In this document: positions 1 through 9,440 of the stretch, piece after piece
Layout of the letters: every line of letters begins with the position of its first letter
Position numbering within the stretch: position 1 is the stretch's first letter
DNA from: Conidiobolus incongruus B7586
Lineage: Eukaryota
Assembly: GCA_000697335.1 (NCBI GenBank)
Contig: JNEM01012704.1
Coordinates: 1 to 37,549 of the forward strand
Length of the DNA stretch: 37,549 nucleotides
Reading direction: 5' to 3'
The notes under the pieces: model-generated
Database searches by the model: none
What the model was told of the DNA's origin: nothing
Seen by the model: only the letters and a program-made list of their open reading frames with translations
Position numbers and translations under genes: made by a program

Positions 1-454
1 TCCCTTATTAACTTTATAAATATTTTTTACATCTAAAGATAATATATATCTTTATATAATAGCTAACTTATTATTAAATTTTTGGGTTATAATAATATAA
101 TAGTCATAAAATATATTTTTATTTTTTTTTTGAAATATTTAACTTTTTTATCAAAATATATCTTTGTTTTATTATATTAAATAACTTTATTTTAATTAAT
201 TTTAGTTTAACTTAAGTAATATCATTTAAACTCTTGTTTAATTTTATAATAAGATTTTTTTAATTAAAGATGTTTTTTTTAAAATGTGAGTAATATTTAT
301 TCTAACACAAAATATATATAATAGTATTAATACTAACTAATATTTTTATATAATTTTATAATTTTTATTGTATTTTTATAATAATATTATACTTACTTAT
401 ATTAATTAATCTATAAATATACTTTTTATGATATTTAACTATAATCTTAATATA
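1..454 (-). mobile_element. Partial Tc1-family transposase relic (second copy, opposite strand, runs off the window edge)
   Basis: The reverse complement of 1-454 aligns co-linearly with 945-1405 of the neighbouring element, mostly by transitions plus some transversions and a 9-bp deletion. It translates to KVI*YNKTKI...KFNNKLAII*RYILSLDVKNIYKVNKG, a decayed form of the Tc1 motifs VIWSDETK...KFGGGSxMVWGCMS.GVG. Confidence 0.85.
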
Positions 455-674
455 TACTAACTTGCAAAAATAAGTCATAAAATCAAATATATATGTATAT
501 TTTAATTAATAACTAAAACAATTGTATATATTAATTTACTTGAAATTATAATATATAATTAAAATATATTATTTGATTATAAATAAATATATTTAGATAT
601 ATTTAGTAAACTATTAACAAAAATATTAACCCTTAATATTTAACTAAGGTGAGTTATAAATTTACAGGTTTTTA
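455..674 (+). repeat. Left long inverted repeat (IR/DR type) of the Tc1 element
   Basis: It pairs with 1812-2027. The best-matching parts are the outer 33 bp and an inner block AAAATATTAACCCTTAATATTTAACTAAGGTGAGTTATAAATTTACAGGTTTTTA. The inner GTGAGTTATAAA (649-660) repeats the terminal GTGAGTCATAAA motif. Confidence 0.8.
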
Positions 675-782
675 AGATAAAAGGATATATTTAACAATAT
701 ATAACCATATTTTTTTTCTCTTTTTGTTATTATTTTATATGATATTTTACAGATATACTAAATTTTTTTTATTAATATCATT

Positions 783-1798
783 ATACCTAAATCCCTCTCT
801 AAAAAAATCTACTTGTATATTAATTAACTTTATAAAAAAGGTAAATCAACTTGTGATATTGTTAGAATTACTAGTGTTAGCTAGTTTACTATAGTTAAAG
901 CTGTTAAGAATAACAATAAAAACACATTTAAACTTAAATTTAGGTGTGTTAGAATTATAGATGAATATGATAAGAAGTATATTTATAGGTTAGTTAGTAT
1001 AAGTAAATATAATACTATTATAGAAATATAATAAAAACTATAAAACTATATAAGAATGTTAGTTAACACTAATACTATTATATATGTTTTACATTAATAT
1101 AGATACTACTTATATTTTAAAAAAAACACCCTTAACTAAAAAAATCCTATTGTAAAATTAAGTAGGAGTTTAAATATTACTATTAATATTAAACTAAAAC
1201 TAATTAAAATAAGGTTATTTAATTTAATAAAACAAAAATATACTTTAGTAAATTTGATAAAAAAGCTAGATATTTTAAAAAAAATATAAAACTATTTTAT
1301 AACTATTATGTTAATTTTACCTAAAAATATAGTAATAGGTTAATTATTATTTAAGGATATATATTATCTTTAGGTATAAGGTATCTTTATAAAGTTAATA
1401 GGGGAATTAATACTGAAATATATTAAAGTATTTTAAATAATGAATTGAAAAAAATTATTGAATAGTATAGGTTAAACAAATCTAATATTATTCTCTAGAA
1501 AGATAATGCTTCTTGCTATATTATAACTTCTACTACCAAATAACTTAAGAATAACAAGATAATAGTTATAAAGTAGCTTTTTTAATCTCTTAACTTTAAC
1601 TTAATTAAACACCTTTAGGATTAGTTAAAAAAAGCTATTAAAGCTTTCCCCTTAATAAAAAATTTAGATCAACTTTAGAAATATATTTAAGAAGTATAGA
1701 ACAAGATTAACTTTTCCTAGTATAAGAAGTTAGTTGATTTTATACCCCACAAACTTAAAGAAGTTAGAAAAGTTAAAGATAGATACATTAAGTTTTAA
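783..1798 (+). pseudogene. Tc1 DD34E transposase pseudogene (~339 codons, many stops, one -1 frame offset at 1119-1127)
   Basis: The start is mutated ATG>ATA at 783. It has an HTH-like N-terminus (GKSTCDIVRITSVS*FTI), KVI*FNKTK (1211, =VIWSDETK) and L*KDNASCY (D at 1502). *LF*SLNFNLIKHL* (=WPxQSPDxNPIExLW) puts exactly 34 residues between D1502 and the decayed E at 1607. The C-terminus LVDFIPHKLKEVRKVKDRYIKF* matches LVDSMPxRLxxVxKAKGGxTKY. Confidence 0.93.
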
Positions 1799-1811
1799 TT
1801 TTTTTTATTAC

Positions 1812-2027
1812 TAAAAACCTATAAATTTATAACTTATCTTAGATAAAATTTAAGTGTTTATATTTTAACCAATTAATAGCTAAATATCATCATATAATGA
1901 TATATATTATTAATAAATATAATAGATTTTAATTATTTAATTTAAGTTTATTTCATTAAATATTAATTAAGTTATTAGTAAAAATATAAGTGTTTTTGAT
2001 TTTATGACTCACTTTTATAGGTTAGTG
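1812..2027 (-). repeat. Right long inverted repeat (IR/DR type) of the Tc1 element
   Basis: Its reverse complement matches 455-674 at both ends. The inner direct-repeat copy ATAAGTTATAAA is at 1826-1837 (minus) and the outer GTGAGTCATAAA at 2001-2012 (minus). Confidence 0.8.
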
Positions 2028-2901
2028 TATTTGTTAAAAATTATAAAATATTATTTATAATATAATTTGATTTATATTAATATTTTTATAAATAAATTTT
2101 ATAAATTTAAATTTTATTATTTTTAAATATTATATTAGAATAAAATATCAAATACTGATTTTATAATAAATATAGCAATTAATAATAGATATTAATATAA
2201 TATAATATTAGTCTATATTTTAAATATATTAATTTTATCTCAGTTGTATTTATATATAAAATAAAAATTATTAATGAAAAATTAATAATTTGTAAAATTA
2301 TTAATAACTGAATTTTAACTTATTATCTATTACTAATTTCAAGGAATTAAATAAATAATTGGATAATTTAATCAACCCTGAGTTTTATTATAAATATCAA
2401 TTTAACTATATTTCAAATCACTTTATTTGTTAAGCTTAGAATAAAATAAAAAAAATATATTATTTCCCAAATATTCATTACTTTATTTTAATTAAAATCA
2501 ATTAATTATATATATTATATTTGATTTTATACCATATTGATTAACATAAATAATGCTATAAAAATATATATTTTTTAGGAGTCTTAAATATATAAGTAAT
2601 ATCAGATTTTTACAAATGCATTAAATTTTATTTGCAAAGTTAAAAATTCTTAGACAAGATTTATAAAATAACATTTGTTTATTTTATCTTTTTATTTATT
2701 TACATTTCCTTTTTTGTATTTGCATAGTGAAATTAGGGCAAAACTTGCTAGGTAGACTAAGTATAAAATTGAACAACATTAAATAAATTATATCAATTCA
2801 AATTGATAAAATCAGGATCATCAAAGAATATGATAATATTATTAATAATTTAAAAATCGATTCAAGTACTGAAAAAAATGATAATAGGAAAATGAAAGAA
2901 A

Positions 2902-2924
2902 TGCCACCACCGTGGATTGAACAC

Positions 2925-2967
<43 letters not shown>

Positions 2968-2974
2968 AAGCAGC
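2902..2974 (-). tRNA. tRNA-Phe (anticodon GAA), intronless, 73 nt
   Basis: The minus strand reads GCTGCTT TA GCTC AGTTGGGA GAGC G TCAGA CTGAAGA TCTGA AGGTC CCGTG TTCAATC CACGG TGGTGGC A. The D, anticodon and T arms are perfect, and a T-rich tract follows. The acceptor stem is weak (see findings). Confidence 0.95.
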
Positions 2975-4370
2975 ACTATTTATTTTTCTTATGGATCCAT
3001 TATTACTGATTTGATTATTAAACTCAATTTTATTTTCTCCATTATTTTTTTATTATTTGATTTCATTATATATGTAAACTAAAAAATTATTCTTTTTGAT
3101 CTTAATACATATATTTCTTTTTTATATATACTTTTCATCTTTTTAACAATGTTTTTAATATTTTAATATAACAATAATTTTATTTTTTATGATGTTACAG
3201 TTGAAATATTGGAAATTAATTAAAATTATTTTAGATCATTCTTAAATTTACTATACCATAGTATTATATTTTTAGGAATTTAATATAACCTAATCATTAA
3301 ATATGTTTTGATATTATGGAAATATATTTCTTTATATGAATAATGCTGAAATTTCTTATATTTAATATTATAGTAGCAATAAAATTATTCATTCATTTTA
3401 AAATCATGATAATTTCAAAATATAAATATTGAGAATTTACTCAATTTGTGTCATTATTGAAAAGTAAATATCTACAGATAATTATTAAAATAACCAATTG
3501 AAATTTATTGTGTTTTCAACAATATAAAATATATGTAGATTTATTACAAGATCTTTATTATTTTATATGAATAATATTTGAATTAAGCTAGAGATTGTGT
3601 GATTAAAATAGCATAATGACGATAAAAAATTTATCAATTTTGAATAAATCGATTTTTCAAGTTCAATACCAATTAATTCGGTTTTTATTACCAGGCTGAA
3701 TATTTGATAAATATATGTAATAATAAAAGTAACTAGGTTAATATATTTGATATTAAGTGCTCGTATAATGTTTAATTTTTGATTTTAAAATTGAAATAAA
3801 TTTTTAATTCAATAAAGAATTAAAATAATATAAATGGTTACCAAATGATTGTATTTAGGATTAATTCTTTGCAAAGATCGAGCGAAGAGCCATATTATGT
3901 TATTTAAAATTGGTTTTAACATGATAATAAGAAAATTTAATTATTATAATATGAACTATTATCAAATTATTAGGATTCGAGATATTAACTATTATCAATG
4001 AATTAATTAGTTTCAAAAGTTTTTAGAAAATATATTAAAGAATTAAACAAACAATACTATTATATAATAGGAAATCAGTAGAGATTTAGGTAAATAAAAC
4101 TTATTCACAAACTTTGTATATCAATTTACTATGAAGATCAGGTTCATCGAGTATATTTTGGTTATTTCAAATATTCAAATTTTTAAAATTATAAAGTTAT
4201 ATTAATATCTTTAATTAATAAAATATATATTCTATATATATATATATAATTCATCAATTTAAATTATTTTAAAATTTCAAGAATATATAATTTTAAAGAA
4301 ATATGTTATAATTTTTCAAATTTATTAGTTTTAATTATATGAATAATGTAACAAACAATATAATATGTGG

Positions 4371-5558
4371 TTATTGAGAATTAATTAAATTCACTTTGAT
4401 TCTACACCTTTTGAAGTTGTTTTGAATCAATTCAAAAGTTTCCTGCTTAAGTCTACAATGACTCAATTCTAACACTCTTAAATTATCTTTACATTTCCAA
4501 TTCCAGTCAATTTTTATATCATCTTTGTCAGTTTGAAAGAATCTGAAATTCAATTTGATAGATTTTAATGTAGAACCATATTGAGCCAATAGATTTAAGT
4601 GGCTCAAATCCATGTCAGTATGTCTGATTTCGAGGTGATTCAGCGAATGGCAATACTTCAATATATTTACCAAGTTGGATGGTGTAATATAACTCCCGTG
4701 TGAGATGATCAGATGCTCCAACTGCATATGTTTGTTGAAGAAACTATCCAAGGAGTTGGGCGGTATTTCTATACTGTGGAATTGAAAATGAGTAATTGTA
4801 TTGGGCATTGCTTGGAATATTTGACCATCGTTAAAATTGTCAATTAGCTTAAAGTGTTTTAGCTTGGGTACTTTTTCGAATAAGGTCTGGTAATCAATGC
4901 GAGACTGGGATTGAATAGTTAGATCAAGATTTTCAATATCACAGATTATGTTTTCTTCGCTAAAAACCAGGTTTAATAACTCTGAATGGATGCTGATTTG
5001 GCGAAGTTGGGAACAGTGGCGAATGATTTGGATTATATTAAGTATGTAGGTAACAGGAAATTGCTTAATGGTTAATTCCTGTAATGTAATATTTTTACCT
5101 GAAAGTTCAATGTGGCTTGTAACAGGTAACTCGATACAATCCAAAGTAAGAGATTTTAAATGCTTCAATTGCATGATACCTTCTAACCAATTTTGTGTAC
5201 AATTATTATCCATTAATTTAAAGTTTATAAGTTCTAAATACTGGATACTCGGCAACTGGGTCAATATCAGGTTAAAATCATTAATTCCAAAGCACCCACG
5301 AATCTGGCAGAACTTGACATATTGGTGTTGGAATTTGTGCTGGCTCAGAGTCTTTTGAACGTTCAAACTACTGTCAGCATCTTCTGATCCTCTGATTTTG
5401 ATCCAATTGTTCAGCTCAGGAGTTGCGAGGTGCCTGAATAGGTTACTGACCAGCCTTAAATTTTTTAAAGCACTTAAATTGCAATAGGTTGCTAGCATAT
5501 CAAAATTAAGTGAAACCATCAATTCATTATTAAAATCGTCAATATTTAAAGCCATCAT
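4371..5558 (-). CDS. F-box-like / leucine-rich-repeat (RNI-like) protein, ~395 aa, intronless
   Basis: The first ATG is at 5558; the ORF track's upstream 25 codons start at a non-ATG codon. It has an N-terminal F-box-like segment (MLATYCNLSALKNLRLVSNLFRHLA) and many LxxLxL repeats (LPSIQYLEL, LKHLKSLTL, CSQLRQISI, VPKLKHFKL, CHSLNHLEI, NLRVLELSHC). Confidence 0.8.
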   Translation of the reverse strand: MMALNIDDFNNELMVSLNFDMLATYCNLSALKNLRLVSNLFRHLATPELNNWIKIRGSEDADSSLNVQKTLSQHKFQHQYVKFCQIRGCFGINDFNLILTQLPSIQYLELINFKLMDNNCTQNWLEGIMQLKHLKSLTLDCIELPVTSHIELSGKNITLQELTIKQFPVTYILNIIQIIRHCSQLRQISIHSELLNLVFSEENIICDIENLDLTIQSQSRIDYQTLFEKVPKLKHFKLIDNFNDGQIFQAMPNTITHFQFHSIEIPPNSLDSFFNKHMQLEHLIISHGSYITPSNLVNILKYCHSLNHLEIRHTDMDLSHLNLLAQYGSTLKSIKLNFRFFQTDKDDIKIDWNWKCKDNLRVLELSHCRLKQETFELIQNNFKRCRIKVNLINSQ

Positions 5559-8500
5559 TATTACTATTATATTTTTATATATTACTTGTATTGGTTTCGA
5601 ATAGGGTAATTCTTGATATTTATATACTAGCACTGAGGATAGATTGATTTATTTATGACCCTTAAATAATATTCATCCAGTTATATTGAATTCGCTATAA
5701 ATCAGATTTTAGTTCAATTTTTACCCAGTTTAGTATTTTTTTTAAAGTTGATCAAAAAATGATAACAATTGGTTATAAAAATACTAAACTGATACAAACA
5801 ATAACTGATTAATATTTAAAAATGAATTGTATAGTGTGTGATTCGTTATTATTATTAAGAAAAACAACTTGTTGAACACTCTTTTATTATTGATTTGACT
5901 AATAAAGTATAAATATTTATTAATCAATATTCGTCGTATTAATTACTATATTTGTCAATATATTATTACAAGAATCTGTCGGGGTAAACTTGTATTATTC
6001 CAAATCGATTTATCAAGTTTAAAGAGTAATATTCAATTTTAAAAATCATGAAAATATAATATAGTGGATAAGTGAAGGTTATTTTTAATATTAGCATGTT
6101 TGTGATCTTATTATAAGTCATTCGAATAGTAATCGTTAAAATTAGTATTCTTTTGCAGCAGGGATCATATAAGGTTCTGATTATATTAATGTGATGATGA
6201 TCGATTAAAAATGGAACCTAGTAAGTATAATGCTAAAATTTACAAAACGGATTGGGTAGAGATAAGCTATTATTTAATTATTCGCCGTATCCTTTGACAT
6301 ATAAATATAACCGGTACAAAAGGTAATTTATTCAAAAAAATCCAATATGTCATTCATAAAGGCATTATTTTAACATTATAATTGCCACAGGTATCCATCA
6401 TCACCATATTCTAGTCAAAATAATGATATTTTGGAAAAATATTATATATACAAATATTTATGCACTATTGAATAACTCAAATTCCTCATTATAATATAAT
6501 ATATCCTATTTGAATTATTGGCCGAGTCTTTAGCATTATTACACAAGTATATAAAAATAGATCATATTTAATTTGACGATCAAGTTGGCAATTATTTCTA
6601 AATAATTTTAGTTGATAAAATGCAATTTTGCTGAGGTTGCTTAACCATTTTTTGTTGCAGAAACAATGGAAAATTTATTAATGAACCACAACAAAGTAAT
6701 TAATTAATTTAAATCAATGCTTCATAAATTAGTAGAATACAATATTAATTAAACTTTAATAAAAGCAATATGGTAATAATAAGTCCATTATATTTAAATC
6801 CTTTCATAATATAATGAAATTATTCTAATCAATACAAAATTGTATTCAGTTTTTTTTTTGATAAATTTATAGTGATACAACAATTAATCAACCAACTATC
6901 AATTGATTCTTCATTATTTATTAGACTGTAATTAATAGAATTCTTGGAAAATTATGCATATTGATATTGATTAATGAAATACATACGTCAAAAGTATATC
7001 AGTCATATCTTTTAAATTAATAACTACCATTAATGATATATTCTTTTAATATTACTAGATCAGTAATTTATAAAAAAAAACTTTCCCAATTTTATATATA
7101 AACAATGATTAAAAAATTGATTTAATTATAACATGAAATCATCACATATATATATATAATTAAAGAATTGAATAAAATATAGTAGTTACACTAGATATAA
7201 ATTATTATAGTTAGACATTATCTTCATTATTTCCTAATTTTAAAAAATATGGATATATTATATATTGCTATCTCCTAATTACAAGTTCAATTTTAAAAGT
7301 TTTCATTTTAATATATTAAAAATAGATTTTGATTAATTGTTTATTATAGTATAATAAGTAAATATATAAATTTTCCTAATATTGTACACAAGTATTTTTC
7401 TAATATTCAATATAAATATTAAGTATATAGTGTTGATTCAAAACACAGGATGAAATGTCAATAGAAGCATCAAATCAAAAAATTTGATCAAATACCACTA
7501 TCGAATTTATAATCTAGACACATTTGAGATTTATATTTATTCACAATCTATTAATATTTTTTAGCCAAAATGAACATAATTTATGGATAATTTAATAATC
7601 AGACAAATTTGTTTAATTTTTGACTAATTTTATATGCGGAACACTTATTAATTTTCATTCATTAATTTAATACACAGAAAATTCTTTCAATTTCATGCAA
7701 TAAAATTTTTGAACAATTTTTAGCAAATATTATTGAAATATTTTTTATAACTGAAAATAAATTAAAATTTACATATTTTAATTTATGTTATTTAAATCCT
7801 TTTAAAGATTTTACTTAGATAAAAATTATATATATATATTTATATATTTATATCTTAAAACTTGAGTCAATATATCAAAAAATTTTTAAAAAACAACCTT
7901 ATAATCAATCTATTTTAAAATTTTTGTTATATTATTAAATTGTATTACAGAAAACAATAATTTTTACATGAAAAAAAAAAGAATTTATATATATGAACTA
8001 GTGCTTTAATAATTTAATGTATTATATAATTCTTTATTTTGACCAATCTCAGGTAAAATAATATGGATATTTCATTGAGGTTATTGATATGATGTAGTTG
8101 AATATACTAAAATTATTCATCTACCAAACATATAAATATTATTAAAAAACTATGAAATAAATGATTTATATTCAATTATATGTATTCTAAAATAAACTAA
8201 AGCTAATATTCTAATTCCTAAACAAGAACAAGATGGTTAAACAATTGTAAATTTTATTAATAATAAAAATGACTGAATAATATATTAAAAAAGTTCGCAT
8301 AATTTGATAAATTTTAACACGAATAACTCCTTCTGTATATCCTTGAAAATACAGTTTATTTGCTCTCTTTAGACCATACCTATATAATTCAATTGAATAG
8401 CTATAATCAACAGATTCAGGATAAAACATTCTTAAAATTGCGATTGACTCTAATAAATATTAAGATACCAAGCTGATACAATAATTATATAAATTATCTT

Positions 8501-9375
8501 TAATTGGAATTATTTTGGAATATGGATACTTTTTTCAATCAAATTTTTAGATCATAGTAAACAATATTAAAGTAAATATGGATTATATCAAAAACCCATA
8601 TTGTTTGGATATAGAATCGTTAATAGGGTGAATATGAATAATTGTACTTTTTTTGCCTTCAAACTAAAAACAAAATTATATAAACATATGTGTGAAATAT
8701 TTTATTATCGGTATAATAATACATTTTGGGCATATCAAATTGAAAATGAAATGCAATACAAAATTTTGGAATATATTGATCTACTATCCATTCGCCTACA
8801 GGTATTGCCATTAATAATTTATAATCGTATAAATGATTACTATTCTTTGTTTATATATTAATATATATGCATTTTATTCAACTATATACTTGAATATCAG
8901 AAAGTTGATTTATTTATATTTATCCATTATGTGATTTTAAAAAAAGGAAATTCTGTTATATATCGAGTTCTTTATATCGGATTTTTAAATTTTTATACTA
9001 TATGAATAGTAATAATAAATCAAAAATTTATATATTATAATTCTATGACTAATTATAACATAAATTATTAAAATAATTTAATGTTCCCATATGTGATTTA
9101 ATATAGTGTGGTAGATGAAATAAAAATGACATCATTAATGATTATAAAATTTTTAATTAATTGCATAATCATTTGATTTACTAAGGGTTCCAATATGTAA
9201 TCATAAATTATCTTTATTTTCAAAAACTATTCCAACAAATTAAGTACAGTAAAGTCATTGATTATTATTATCATTGGCTGAATTTTCAAAAATATTAATA
9301 AACAACTTAACAAAACGTATAGAATTACATTAATTATTAATAGTTTTATTAAGTTTATCACCCAATGACAATATT

Positions 9376-9405
9376 ATGACGTTTATATTTTTACTATTAT
9401 ATAAA
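9376..9405 (+). promoter_or_regulatory. CRE-like ATGACGT site plus TATA box upstream of the 609-aa gene
   Basis: ATGACGT at 9376-9382, TATATAAA at 9398-9405 and ATG at 9441. A near-palindrome ATGACATCAT lies at 9126-9135. Confidence 0.45.
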
Positions 9406-9440
9406 AAGATAGCAAATATCCTTTTTGACTAAAAATTAAA

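Larger units (their letters stand above)
455..2027 (+). mobile_element. Full-length (1573 bp) dead Tc1-family DNA transposon flanked by TA dinucleotides
   Basis: The terminal 33 bp are inverted repeats: left TACTAACTTGCAAAAATAAGTCATAAAATCAAA, right reverse complement CACTAACCTATAAAAGTGAGTCATAAAATCAAA (6 mismatches, all transitions). TA lies at 453-454 and 2028-2029, and a transposase relic lies inside. Confidence 0.93.

Noticed and set aside
783..1798. In-frame TAA/TAG at conserved Gln/Trp positions as evidence of stop-codon reassignment
   Set aside because: Intact genes in the window terminate at TAA/TGA and use CAA/TGG normally. The same element shows transitions at all codon types.
4232..4248. 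(TA)n runs here and near 7146, 7827, 12740, 19157 and 37211
   Set aside because: Short microsatellites are expected at this AT content.
5068..5358. Antisense or overlapping ORFs inside real genes (also 9481-9729, 10563-10802, 10929-11252, 14011-14289, 14076-14285, 15562-15762, 16217-16597, 16729-16929, 20454-20639, 21973-22188, 25589-25903, 25737-26045, 28589-28771, 29073-29300)
   Set aside because: These are shadow frames of longer, motif-supported CDSs. The CYY repeat in 9481-9729 is simply the reverse of the poly-Asn microsatellite.
8211..8861. Short intergenic ORFs (8211-8429, 8601-8861; likewise 12790-13017, 18702-18971, 23216-23470, 23582-23884, 24993-25217, 36842-37030)
   Set aside because: Their Ile/Asn/Tyr/Lys/Phe-rich composition is expected from random AT-rich DNA, with no motifs and often non-ATG starts.
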